A stretch of DNA of 64,000 bases from Epiperipatus broadwayi (taxonomy: Eukaryota > Animalia > Onychophora). Below the pieces are notes generated by a model. That model did not search any database. It saw only the letters and a list, made by a program, of their open reading frames with translations, and was not told the origin of the DNA. The stretch is taken from assembly GCA_028023455.1 (NCBI GenBank), contig JAQFVV010000005.1, forward strand, positions 23,064,001-23,128,000, read 5' to 3'. Position numbers and translations under genes: made by a program. Shown piece after piece: positions 27,501 through 42,500 of this stretch. How positions within the stretch are numbered: position 1 is the first letter of the stretch; each line of letters starts with the position of its first letter.

Positions 27501-30500
27501 TTTATTATTCTGAAGCAATTAACTTATTTAAGAGTTCTTTTAATATTAAAGGTGGATGGGAAGTAAATGGATTTGTGGGTAATATTTAATATGGTAAAAG
27601 CCTGAAATCTGGGCAAAGCCGCTTGGAGCGTTGATGCTAGACAAAATCAATGAAATATAACGTTACCAGGCCGCCACAACCTTTTCCTTTTTTATACAAG
27701 GTTTTTTTTCTTTTTAATATTGATTAAACGAATAATTTTTATTTCATTTAGAACATGATTTCTTTATTATTAAACAAATTTTGATATTCATTTTCGTTAC
27801 TTTTTGTGGGTTTTTTGGAACCTGACATTTTTTCAACAAATTTTGCTAATTGTATTTTTTCTTTTTATCATTTGAAAACTTCGGACCGTTTCACGACATC
27901 AAAAAATTTGTTTGCGACTTGATTAGAACTTAATTCTGCCTTTTTTTTTTTTTGGCTTGACTAAATGGTTTTTCTTATTATTATTAATTTTACTTTTTTT
28001 TAAACACAAATTGTTTTCACTTTGATTTAGATTATGTTTGAATTAGCCTTTTGGGGGGGGGGGGCTACTACAAGAAACAGCTTTTTGAGCGGGGGAAGGG
28101 GGGGTATTCGTAATGTTATTATTAACAAAAAGGCAACCAAAATAGTCAATTATTTTAACAGCGCTGAAAAAAGAGAATCAACTTTGGGACTTGTTTCGAA
28201 TTTTGATTTCTTTTTGGTTGACGTAATTGTTTTTCTTAATATTAAATCAAAATTTACTTTTGTGTTTTTGCCAATTAAAAAATTGTTTTCAAACACCCAC
28301 CCTACACACTCGGAAAAAGAATTGTAACCAAAATGTCAAGAATTTAACTTTTTTCCTTTTTTTTAAACAACTTTTTGTCACTTTTTACTTTGATTTCTAT
28401 TTCGTTCGAATTACCTTTTTTTTTTTTAGCTTTCTACAATAAACTGCTTGTGGGGGTGGGGGGGTTATTCGTAATTTGTTATTCTTAACAAAAAGTCAAC
28501 CAAAGTCGTCATTTATTTTAACCCTGCTGCAAAAAATTGAATCCAAATACTTGTCAATTTCTAATGAAATAAAAAACAACAAAAAAGGACACAAACTTTG
28601 GACTTTTTACAATTATTTATTCAATTTTATTGCTGTAATAAAAAGTGGACATTACATGTGCCTGACAAAAAAAAAACACAATCTCACACACTTTCTGTAC
28701 TCGGCAATTCTGAAGAAAAGTTTCAAAATTGCACGTTCGTCTCAGACCATTTAGTGGTCTCGAATATTTTCCCCATGCTGAAACGTGACTTAGCACGTGG
28801 GTTTTGTCGAAGCGTGTTCAAACATACACTTTGCCAATTTTTTACATATTAACCTTTTTTTCAGGAAGGGTGGGGACCACATGACAATTATTAATAATTA
28901 ACAACATTTTTTAAATCGAAATGACATTACTCTATTACGGAGATTTGAAAAATTCGTACCGCCTTGAAATTTAAACACCCTCAAGCGATACGGTAATCAG
29001 CTATGAATAGAATGAATACGGGTAAATAGCTTCGAAGCACAAAACAGGCCGTAATATTTTTGTGCAATGTCATGTAAAGCGGCCTAGCTCAATGAGTTAA
29101 TACAACACGTAAATGTTGTATTAGCCTGTAAGGCCGCGGCCGCCGAAATGGCATTTTTATGTGTTTTGCCACATAAACAATGCTCCAAGTGGCTGTGACT
29201 GGATTTCAGGCTTTTATGAACTTTTAAGGTTCATAAAAGCAGAGTTAGATATAGATATCTCAGTTCTGCTTTGTATGTCCATGAAAAAGTTACAGGCCAC
29301 ACTATTAATTTTGATGGAGCTAAGGTTGTCTTCTTTGAGAGAAATGAAATGAAAAGAAGAATTAATGAATCTTTGTTATTGAAAATTTATTATTCTGAAG
29401 CAATTAACTTATTTAAGAGTTCTTTTAATATTAAAGGTGGATGGGAAGTAAATGGATTTGTGGGTAATATTTAATATTATGTATATGGTGTAGTTTTTGT
29501 AGTTCTTTACACTTGAGAAGTCTGCTTGTAGCAGTGAAACCTTGGATTGGGTTTTAGTATTATTTTTTGGCTGGTCTGGTTGAATTTTTAATTAGATATT
29601 TTGATTAGTTTAGCTTTATGCTTGTAATGTATGCATATGTGTGTATATATATACATATAAATTTACATTTGTATTATGTGCTTGCATACATATTTATAAT
29701 TGTAATATCTCAATTTATACATTAGAACAGGGATGAAGGCTTCATGTATTGAACGGAATGACTGCTTCTGTAGAAGAATTCATTAAAAAATTCAAAAGCT
29801 TTAATTAATATTCAATTTTAAAAATTCATTAAAATATGTACATATTCAACCTCACAAAATTGATCCAACAAGTTGCACATTCAATGGTGTAGTAAGAACA
29901 ATAAGTACATTAGTGTATATAAACTATTTTGCTTAAACATAAAAAAAGAAGAGTGAACAATTCAAACTCATTTTTTGTATGGAATTTCTGTTAACTTTCA
30001 ATTTTTTTACCAACAGTTGATCTGTTTTTATATAAGGCAAATAATGAGTTCGACCATCGAATTCTTCATTGATTGTAAGAAGTTCAAACAATGTTAAAGT
30101 TAAAACTTAAGAATGTTAAAAGCATTTGGAAGATAAAAATATCTTCATAATGCACTATCTATACTTAAACTATTCATGGTCTAATTAACATATAAGAGAG
30201 TTCCATATTTTTTGCTAAACTATTTTTCTAAACATAAATAAGAAGAATGAACAATACAAACTCATTATTTTTTGTATGGAATATTAATTTTCAATTTTTT
30301 TATCAACAGTTGAACTGTTTTTATATAAGGCAAATAATGAGTCGCATTATTCGTTGATTATAAGAAATTCAAACAATGCTAAAATGTAATTTAAAGTTAA
30401 AACTTAAGAATGTTAAGAACATTTGGAAGATAAAAATATTTTGATAATGTATTTTCTATACTTAAAATAGTCAGGTCTATTAACATAACAGATAAGGGAG

Positions 30501-33500
30501 TTCCATATTTTTCTCTAAACTATTTTTCCAAACATAAAAAAGAAGAATGAACAATTCAAACTCATTATTTTTTGTATGGAATTTCTGTTAATTTTCAATT
30601 TTTTTTACCAACAGTTGAACTGTTTTTATATAAGGCAAATAATGAGTTTGACACATTATTCATTGATTATAAGAATTCAAACAATGCTAAAATGTAATTA
30701 ATAGTTAAATCTTAAGAATGTTGAAAGCATTTAGAAAATAAAAATATTTTGATAATGAATTTTCTGTACTTAACCAGTCACAGACTGATTTACAGATAAG
30801 AGAGTTAATCTGGATGTATGTAATATATATACATTAGCTATTATGTAAAAATTGTTGTGGCAAGTAAAATAAAAACTTTATTTAAAAAAAAAGATTATGT
30901 AGTGTGCTTCCGTTCCTTAAAAAGTCACACTTTGTCACTGCATCAAAAACATATTGTTGATTTTTATATGATTTTATAATTATATAGAGATAGGAGGTAT
31001 AGAGTACATTTGTGAAGGTGTTGATGTGTGGGTACAAGTACCATATAATATATCTATATTAAATATTTATGTACACGTACTCCCACATTGCCTACATATA
31101 TGCCTGTAATTACAATATCTCAATTTAGTCATTAAAATTGTTGATTTATTTATAATTTTATAATTATAGATGTGGAGTTAGGTGTGAGATAATATTCTGG
31201 ACATATTGATTCATGCACAGATATGTAAGCAGGTATGAGATATAGTGGCGGTCATATTGATATGAGTACTGTGCATATGTCATACAATAAATCCTTTATT
31301 TAAATAATAGACAAGGAAAAAAACAATCTTATAATTTTTTGTATATTGCTTGTGTATAGAAAATGAACATATGTGTGGGTATATGACATTAGTAATGTAA
31401 TATAATTTTTTTATCAATTATAGTTATGAAAAAATTCACTAGAGAATCAAAACGATTAAAAAAAGTGTAGTTATTTTATTAAGACACATTTAATTGAGAA
31501 ATTATGAATTAGTTTTTCTTGCTGAAAAAAAAAAACCAAAACAATCTATCTAAGAGTACACAATTTTTTTTTATATAAACTAAGAAATGTAACTTTTTTT
31601 TAATGTTATCTCCACAGTCTAATCATAAGCTAGATTATTTTAAAAATAATTCCATTATTTTACTCATTTCTTTTCCTCCAAGGACAAAAAAAAAGTAATA
31701 TTTCATTATTATTTCTAAAGTGAACTTTATTTAAACCTTAAGGTGTACATAGGGTTGAGTTACAATGAAGTATATAGATTGACTTCTCTGAAATTAAGTA
31801 ATGGCAATAATATAATAAAAAGCAAGCGGTAGTGTAGATGTCAGAGCGGAGGGTAAGATTTTTAAGAGGGATGCAACTAGTCAAGTTAAGAGTTCATGAG
31901 ATTGCCCTCCCTGGACAATAGAAGAGTTCAAAGTAGTATTTTTTCGATTATTATTCCAAAGACAGTCACTGAGACAGTTGATGAGGTTGTGAAACAATAG
32001 TTTTATTCCAAGGTTTAATCACAGTAGAATATTGCAGGAATTTCTTTGGCTGGCTTGTGAAATTTTCCTTCATTTTTAAATCAGGAGCCTTAGTATATAT
32101 CCTCAAAGCTATCTGCTTACATTATGTGTTATATAAAGATCGATTCTTAATCCCAAGAGCCACTGTTGATTTACATCATAAAATACGAAACTCACTTCAG
32201 GAATTGAATTTTGTGTATCTTGTTTCAACAACTTGAGATCTAGTGAAAAACCAGGAGCATTAGTGCATAGGCTGATTAAACATTGGTTGCCTTATTCCAT
32301 AAGCTAATTAATAATTGGTAGTAATTGATTATTGTAATGAGAGATGATATATGAAGTTTAGACTTCAATAATGACTAACGTTTTGAGAGTCTATTATATG
32401 CGATCCAATTTAAGATGTGTAAGTGAGCGCTTGAGAGACATCCTAAGGCAATGTTCAGATGCAGACCAAAATAAATTACTGTTCAGCGAAATTGTTCTTT
32501 ATTAGGTAAAGTCTCCGGTTTTAATAACTGCATCCAAACCGCTATAAGTAATGTGACTATTGCTTTCTTATGAATGAGGTAATCAGAATTGGCAACAATC
32601 CCCTTAACACTCTCCTCATAGTTTCCTCCCCAAATAACTGTAATTTAGGCTTCTAGGGACCCCCCAACTACTAGATTCCCTCACCCAGACAGCAAGAGCG
32701 AAATCTTTGGTTTATCACAAAATTGCCAAAACCACAATAATGCCAAAATTGCCAACTTATGAAAAAGACAATCAAAATTGGTAACAGTCCTCTTAACACC
32801 CTCTCCCAGTTCCATCCCATAAAGAACTGTGATTTAGGCTCCCAACCCCCATATCCCACTCAGAAAGCAAAGGTAAAATGTTTGGTCTATAACAAAAGCG
32901 CGAAAACCACAATAAGTAATGTTTCAATTGCTTTCTTATGAATGAGAAAGTCTAAATCGGTAATAATCCCCTTAACACCCTCCTCATAGCTCCCCATACC
33001 ATAGGAGCTGTGATTTAAGTTCCCAGGGATCCTCCCAACCACCAGACTCCCCCACTCAGTCAGCAAAGGTAAAATCTCTGGTTTACAACAAAGGCACTAA
33101 AACCGCAAGAAGTAACATTATTATGTTTTTCCAACCAACAAGGAAATGCAATTCGCTCTGTAACATTTCATTTAAATATAATAATAGCATTTCACATCTA
33201 TCATCATAATTCTCTTATGATGATTTCATTAGTAAGAAGTCACTGTTTAAGCCTGTCTATTACTGAGACTACTATATATTGCAACACTTACAAATTCAAA
33301 TGAAGTCAACAATATATATTTTTTCTTCCTTTGTCTCACTCTTTTTTTTTCTGCATCTGGATTTTGTGTTTACCAGTCTGCTTAAAACTAATTATAGGTT
33401 TTAAAATACTATTTTATGGCTAGATGCAATTAATAGACAGTGGGGGCATTTACCTTTATTGTCTACAATTTAAATAAGCGTTTATTTAGTCAAATAGTTT

Positions 33501-36500
33501 ACACAGAGTGAATATAGATGGCATGATATGGCAGGATATAAATAGAAAAGAAATAGAAAAAAGGGGTGCAGGTATAGTAGTTATGTCAAAAAAATATTTT
33601 AATGCTGTTAAATGTCAAGAACATTTGTGGTTTGAGATAAGGTTAGGAAGACAAGAATGGATGGTGGTTATAGTGTATATAGCTACTGGAGGTAATCAAA
33701 CTATAATGGAGTGGAACAGTAACATATATGAATGCCTAGTTAAGGATAGAGCTTTTCAAAGCAAAGGGGAAGAAAATAATGGTTATAGGGGATATGAATA
33801 GGTATATTGAAGAAATTGATGATGTAGGTGATAAGAATGGACAGCTTTTGAAGAATTTTTGTCAGAGAGTGAATTTGAACATTTAAAATTTATCAGATAT
33901 TTATGAAGGACAATACACATATTACATATTCCACACAATAGATTATGTATTAGTAGATAAAGAGGGAATGAATAAATTATGGAGAATTAAGGTGTTTGAT
34001 AATGAAGAGAGAGTATGTAATATTGATCATAACTTTTTTATAATAGAAATGGTTAGTAATGTGATGGGAAATAGAAATAAGGATAGAAAGGATAGTGAAA
34101 GATGTGGATGGAGAGTGAATGATAAGAATAAGTTAGAAGAGTATAAAATAAAAGTTGAAAAAACCATGGAAGAGTTGGTTGGAGATTTGTATAAGGACTG
34201 GTGTAATGAAATAGAAAAAGTGGCAAATAGGGTTTTAGGTGAGAAAATTCTGAACAATAAAAGTAATAAAAAAGTGAGAGTTAGTAAAAGTGTAAAAGAG
34301 AGGGGAAAAGCATGCAGAGAATATGTGTGCTACTAAGAACAAAGAATGTGAAAAAGATATTAATGTTAAATGGGAAAAGTACTTAGAAAAAAAGAAGTTG
34401 GCTAAAGTAGATTACCGTAAAATATCTGATCATTACATATATAAACCACACATTTAGTTATTTAATAGTTATATAGAGAGAATGAAATTGATAATAAATT
34501 GTTGGAGGATATTAATAAAAATGGAAGAGATGAGAGTAAAAGATTTAGAAATACATTAAAAGAAGGAATGTAGGGGAAAGAGAAATAGTATTACTAGATG
34601 ATGAGGGAATAAAGTGTAGCTCTAGGCAAGAATTAGAGATAATCTTAAATAAGTTTCTGATTGATATAGAAAAGATGTTAGATGTGTTGGACAGAGTGAT
34701 AGCAAACATGAAAACATATAGTAATGGCAATGTTAGGTTTACAGAAAATGAACTGAATGAGGCAGGGAAGAAATTGAAAAGTGGAGAGAGGTTTGAATGG
34801 ATGGGCAGCAGAGATGATAATGAATTTAGAGCATAGGGCAAAAGTAAAACTATTATTATGTTTTAATAAGATGGCCCAGAAGAAAGATTTTCCAGGTAGT
34901 GGAGTAATACAAGAGTAAGGCTATTAATTAAAGGAAAGGGTAAGGATCATAGAAAGTTAAACAATTATAGACCGATAATGGTTAACATCAGCTTTATATA
35001 AAGGTTTTTTATATATGGTGGCTGGAAGGCAAAATGGATGGAAGAAAATAGTATATTGGGAGAAATGCAAAGTTTTCGATGGGATAGGCATATAGGAGAT
35101 AGTTTATTTGTAGTTACACAACCTATAGATATGAGTAAGAATACAAGTAGACAGTTATATATGGTTTTTATAGATATAGAGAAAGCATATGATAGAGTAA
35201 ATAGAAATAGATTAGGACTAAAGCAAGGATGCCCTATATCACCTATTTTGTTTTTGTTGTACTTGAGAAGAATAGAGAGAGCAATAGAAAGACTAGGAAG
35301 AGAGATATAGAGATACCATTAATAGGTGGCAAGGGAGTATATACATTGCAGGTCTTTTATTTGCGGATGTCTTTTTGTGCGCAGAAAGAAGGGAAGATAT
35401 GGAAGTTATGCTGAAGACATTGCAAGGGTTGGTAATGGGAATTAAATTTAATGAAGAAAAATCAAAAGTAATGATGATTAATACTAGGGAAAGAGAAGAC
35501 AAAGAATTTTTATTGGGGAATATAAAATTAAGTGTGGTGAATGGATATAACTATTTGGGAATCGTCTTAAGTAATCAAAGAAATTGCTTGGATGAATGGA
35601 AGAAAAAGTTGATAAATAAAACAAAGAAAAGAAAGGATTTGATAAAGAAATTAACAATATTTCTATATAATAAATATGATGTAGCAAGAATTGTTTGGAA
35701 GGGGGTGATAGTAGCAGGGTTAACTTATGGTAATGATGTGTTAGGTGTTAGTAAAGGGATTTTAGATTACTTAGAAAAATTTCAAAGAGAAGCAGGAAAA
35801 CACGCATTAAATGCAGATGTGTGGACAGCAAAGAAAACAATTCAAGGAGAAATGGGATAGTCAAGTTTTTATATGAGATGCAAAAAGCAAAATGAAAATA
35901 TTTGATAGATTGCAATTTATGGATAGTAATAGAATAGCCAAAATAGTATTTAATTCAGTTATGAATAAAGGACAAAGATGAAAGGTAGCATGGAATGCAG
36001 AAGATTTGGATAAAGTTTTTATGTCACTATACTGGTACAAAAGGTGAGGTGATTATGTTAGGATGAATGTTGAGTGTTATAATGGCAAAGAATAGGTACA
36101 TTAATAAAAAAAATAGGGAACTGGAGATATGGAAAACTACTATGGAGAATAAAAAGACTCTAAATATTTATAGAAGTAAACAGAATATTGGATGTGAGTT
36201 AATTCATGATAATGGCAAGAAAAGTACTTTACTATTTATTTAAGACTTGAACAGGATCTTTAGCAACAAGGAAATATACAAACAAATGGAAAAATGTGAG
36301 TGATTTAGTCTGAAAGTTATGTAAGGAAATCATAAAAAATATTAGGCATTTTCTAATTGAATGTAAATGCCTAAAAGCAGAAAGGGTACAAATAATGAAG
36401 TTGTGGAAGAAAAAATATAAACACAGTGATTATACGGAAAAGTGGATTACTGGTTTTTATGCTGGGTTTGGGAAAAGATAAGGGAGATTTAGATATAAAG

Positions 36501-39500
36501 GCTACAGAGTTGACAAAGATTATATTGTAGAAATGGGATGGAACAGGATGTGGGAAACTTTACGGTGGGGATTGGAAAGGGAAGGTAAAGTGGCTAACAG
36601 GTTTTTCTGAGCATAGTGGCTGAGAGATTCCTAACTTCAATAAAGGAGTAACCACATCACATCACAAATGAAGTCATCTATCATTTGATTTGTTAAACTT
36701 ACTGTAGGAATTTAATTTACTTTGGATATAATTTTTAATAATCGGTGTGTAGTATATGTATGTGTGCACATATAACTTTTTTTATTATAAAATAAACATT
36801 TGCAATAATGTACAATTTACATTCTCCATAGCCTTTTTAAAGTTAGGAAGAAAGTAATGTTATGATAAAATGTTGATAGTTTTCACTAACAGCTTTTTAT
36901 ATTTATTGTTTTCTAAACTTATGGTTTAAAATTTTGTGAAATGCATTTTTCCAGATTGTAGATGCTGTTATATTGCTGGACGAGAATTGTATGAAGTTTT
37001 GTTTTTGATATATTAATTTTTTTTTTTTTTAGATCTGGGTGAATGCTGCTGCCCAGAACTTCAATTCTATTGGTGTTGCATTTGGATCATTGATAGCTAT
37101 GTCGAGTTACAATAAATTCAACAATAATATTCTTAAGTAAGTTACCTGATTATTATTATTACTTTTGCACAATGAGGAAATTATCTTTAATTTATCCAAA
37201 AATAGGTTTTTTTACATTCTGTTTGTTTCAAAATCAATTTGTTTACTATTTAATTTAGATAGCTGGATTGGAAGACATATGGATGTCTGAAAATTTCAGA
37301 TTTTCTACTTAATAGTTATACATTAGATAAAGTGCTGGGCTAGTCCTAGTATTTTTAATCTAATGCTTGAATATCCTAGCACCTCACTGAGGACGCCAAT
37401 AGCAGAAACCGGTCTGGGTTTGGGGATATTCTGTAAAGCTTGTTAAGAGCTTATTTTGCGAGCTCTATATATATAACATTTGTAAATACAAGCTTATTAA
37501 ATTAGGTCATGTGACATCTGACTTGATTTTTTTGTAATTTTATGATAATATATTAGCATTATTTTGATGAATGGTTTTGTTACATAACATTGATTTAGTT
37601 TTTGACCATTAAATGGCAGTGTCAAGAAATTGTCATGGTTGTTTTTGATTGACAGAAATTGTAAATTTGTATTTATTTGGTGATCCCTTCACTCATATTA
37701 TACAATCCAATCTTATTTGATTTTGAAGGTTTCAAGATTGAAGGTTTTGTTTGCCAACTAATTTGGTTTCTACTAATTGAGTGCGTATTTAGTAAAAATA
37801 ACTGATGTAACATATACAATTATTTTTTTTAATCACAGTAATCCACAGTAACATTATAATGTATGAACTTTTCTTACCTCTTATAACTGTCCTTCTTATC
37901 AGCATTTTTAAATATATCTAATCTTTCTTGTTTATCCACTCTCTGACAATGACCCTTACTCAAATGCTATCATCATTATTCTCTTCTTCAAACCTCATTC
38001 AAGTGAAAAATTTTACTCTTAAATCTTCCAAACTTTTACATTTCTAATTATATATTTCTTGTATATAATAATCTATATCTCAAACTCTTAGTTCTTTTTT
38101 TGATTCCTTTTCCTATTTTGTTATCAGAATATCCTCATAAGATCTAATCAATAACAATAACTTCACCAAACTCTTACTTTAACAAATTAAGACATTCCTA
38201 CCTGGAGGCAAAAATGAAGAAATGAAGGTACTAAAATATGTAATTATTGAACCAGTTTCAGATCTATATAACAATTCAAGCTGGTGGATTTGGGTTCATA
38301 ATCTTAGAATCATTTGAGTTTTAAATTTTTAGCTTGATAGGAGAATATCTGCATTTTTTCCTACTTTGAATTGAACGCCTAATTGATAGAGGCAAAAGCC
38401 AAAACCAAACTGAAGATGATGATTTAAATATATTTGTATCCGCTTTGGTAATTATTGATTACTTAAGTTTACAGTAGATGGCATTAAAGTGGAGAGCCAC
38501 ACTTGTCTTTATCACTTTCTATGTCAATAAATTGCATTCTGTTGTACATTTGTTGGGATTTTTTCATAATCACTCTTAAGTTTTTCATTGTTTTTTTTCC
38601 TCCTCTCAGACCAGTATATTTATCCCCCACCCTGCCGTCTTTATTACATTTAACATTAATTAAACTCAGAATTCATTTTTAAAATAAGTTTTGCAAAAGA
38701 AATTTCATATCAATATGTTTTCTCACTTACTGAAGTATTTTATCAATCATTTTATTATCTTTGCCCAATAACCAATTAAAAAGTATTTCGATGAATATTA
38801 TCACTCATTAATTGAAATTATCTTGAATATTTCCAACTTATTTTTTTAAATTAAATTTTCCAAAAGATAACCTACTTTACTCTCTAATCATCTCACTTTT
38901 CAATAGCACATTATTTTTTAAAGCACTCCATCCTACTTCTCTTTCTAGTCTGTCCAACATCCTCAAAATAGTAGTGCCCAAGCATCTATATGCATTGCTA
39001 TAAGTGAGTTATAGTTAGCACTAGGATTTCGGCTCTTAGTATTTTTTTCCACATTATATCCAATATATGAGAATATTTTTCATTTATTTATATTTTGTCT
39101 TTACTTTGCTCGACTAAGAAATATTTTTCCCCAATCATATAATCTATATAATCACTTTTCTTTTATATTAACCCTAACAAATATACATATATTTATCCAC
39201 TATCTCAAGTTGATCATTCTATTGACCCACCTTGGAGTCCATTTCTTGGCTTACTTCAAATATCATCATTGAAAATTTTTTTTTATGTTAAATCTAATTC
39301 CCGTTTCTTTGTCCTTCAATTTCTAACGTTTAATATGTAGCATTAATTCAGTTGTAGAAATTTTGTAATTAGCACAAACATTAATTAACTCCTCTTATTT
39401 CTTCTTATTGCTATTAACTGAAAGGAGACCCTTTGATTCCTCTTGGAGGCCTTAAAGGAACCGAGCAGGGCAAATTCCTAATGTCCACTCCATACATTCT

Positions 39501-42500
39501 TGTCGTTGCAGCTGTTATTACTATGTGATTATTCATATAGTATACGAACATGGATGGGCTGCTCACCAACACGCATTAGCCAGCATGGTGAGTTTATTGG
39601 CTTTTTACCTCTGAGTTTAAGATCAAGAAACACCATGGTCTTTCTTCTCAGTGCCTGATAAGGCAGAATGAATGTTTGTGTAAATGATAAATATTTTTCC
39701 AATACATATATACAATTATGACAGACAAAAATAAAGCATGGCCCTTATTCCCAGGAGGCCGTAAAGTCACCAACCAAGGCGGAGGGTGCTAAGAATCCCC
39801 TGATTGCGGACCCAGGCTGCCATTTGATGACGACTTTTTATTTAGGTACTTACAACTGCAGATCACTTTCAAGTGAAGGAAGATTGCAAGAATTAGAAGA
39901 AGAACTGTCTTATATTAAATGGGACATTATTGGATTTTGTGAAGTTAGAAGAAAAGGAGAAGAAACAATTGATTTAAAAAGTGGACATATACTCTATTAT
40001 AAAGGCACACATATTGGAAATACAAGTGGAGTAGGATTCATTATAAATAAAAAGTGGAAGAACAATATTGTGGAGATTGATGGTGTATCGGACAGAGTGG
40101 CAAGATTAGTTATACAACTTAATAGCAGATACCAAATGCAGATAATTCAGGTTTATGCCCCAACAAGTTCTCATAGTGATGAAGTAGTAGAAGATTTTTA
40201 TATGGATGTACAAAAGGCTTTTGATCAGAGTAAACAACATTTTAAAATTGTTATGGGAGACTTTAATGCTAGAATTGGTAGACAAATGAAAGATGAAATT
40301 GCTGTAGGTAATTTTGGTTATGGTAATAGAAATGAGAGAGGACATAGACTTGTGGAGTTTGCAGGAAAAGAAAAAGTTTATATTATGAATTCATTTTTTG
40401 AGAAAAATGTTAAAAGGAAATGGATATGGAAGCATCCAAATGAAGGTACAGCAGAATTGGATTATATTTTGACTAACAGAAAATACATATTTCAAGATTG
40501 TAATGTTCTTAATAAATTTAACACAGGAAGTGATCATCGATTAGTAAGGTGTAAGTTACGTGTTAATGTAAAACTAGAGAGTCAAAAATTATTAAGAAAA
40601 ACAATATTTACAGTTGATATTCCTAATCTTCAGAAACATTCTAATGAATTTAAATTAGAACTTACAAATAGGTTTCAAGTGTTAGGAGATTTTGAACATG
40701 ATTCAGATTTGAATGAAATTAATATGAAAATAGCTGATACACTTTTAAAAACTGCAACAAACATAGCTGGTAGAAAAAAGCAGCAATTGACTAATAAAAT
40801 TTCTACTGAGACTAGAGAATTTATGAAGAAAAGAAGGAATATGAAGATATACAAAAATGATGTATTAAAAAGAATTGAATATCTCGAATTTTGTAAAATG
40901 GTACGGAAAAGAGTTGAAAATGATATAAGAAAGTATAACTATGAAATAGCAAGGAAAGCTGTAGAAGAAAATAAAAGTCTCAAAAATGTTAAACAACATT
41001 TTGGTATTGGTAGGAAATTTACATCTGCAATAAGAAAAAAGATGGAATTATTACTAAAAAAGAGAGATGACATCATGAAATTGGTAGAAGATTTTTATCA
41101 AGAATTATATAGTAATAAAGAACAAGTACCTCCTATATCTATTACATCTTCCGAATTGCCCAGAATTTTAAATGAAGAAGTGAGACATGCAATTAAGTGT
41201 ATGAAGAAAGGAAAGGCTCCAGGAAATGATGGAATTATAATTGATATATTAAAAGAAGCAGGTGAAGAAATAGAAACAATTTTAGCAAAGTTATATACCA
41301 AATGTCTAAATGATAAAGATGTACCGGAAGATTGGAAGAATGCAGTAATAATATTAATATTTAAAAAAGGTGATAAAGAAGATATTAGAAATTACAGACC
41401 TATCAGCCTTTTATCAGTTTTATATAAAATTTTTACCAAGATAATTACAACTCGTCTACAGAGAACTTTGGATTTCCACCAACCAAGAGAACAAGCTGGA
41501 TTTAAAAGTGGTTTTAGTACAATAGATCATATCCAGGTATTGAGAGAAGTCATAGAAAGGACAAATGAATATGAGTTGTCATTATGTTTTGGATTTGTAG
41601 ATTTTGCAAAGGCATTCGATTCTATACACATTTCTTCAGTGATTAAAGCATTGGATCATCAAGGTATAGATCCAGGATATTGTCATATTTTAAAGAATAT
41701 TTATAAAAATGCAACAGCAACAATTAGATTACATAATGATACTGGAAAAATCAACATTGAGAAAGGTGTAAGACAAGGTGACTCCATATCTCCAAAACTC
41801 TTTACAGTAGTGCTGCAAGAAGTATTTTGTGGATTAAAATGGGAAACTAAAGGAGTGAAAGTAAATGGAGAGTATTTAAATCATTTAGATTTCACAGATG
41901 ATGTAGTTGTTTTGCAAATAATGCTTCAGAGCTGCAGGAAATGTTGCAGGAGTTAGCAGATGGAAAGTAAAAAAGTAGGACTAAAGATAAATGTTAAAAA
42001 GACTAAAGTAATGTTTAATCGATTTGCTCAAAATATGAAAATAAAGATTGATTATGAAGAATTAGAAGAAGTTCACAGTTACAAATACCTTGGTCAGATT
42101 ATTAATACAGATGGAAACATAATGGAGGAAATTAATCATAGAATTAAACTTGGTTGGAGTGCTTTTGGTAGAAATAACTTGATACTAAAAGGAAATATGC
42201 CTATGTGTTTGAAAAGGATGGTTTTTAACAAATGTGTTTTACCAGTTCTTACTTATGGATCTGAGACTTGGACACTTAATAGAAGAGCAATACAGAGACT
42301 TCAGACCACTCAAAGGAGTATGGAGATATGTATGTTGGGAGTAACAAGAAGAGATCGAAAACGCAATGTATGGGTAAGACAACAAACAGGTGTTACTGAC
42401 CTTATTGAAAAAATTAAAAGATTGAAATGGAGTTGGGATGGACATATTTCTAGAAGAGATGATAATAGATGGACAATTGAAATTTTAAACAGGATTCCAA

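Noticed and set aside
29922-33115. Tandem arrays as CRISPR or retrozyme arrays
   Set aside because: Eukaryotic context, no repeat-spacer alternation, and no hammerhead core in the units
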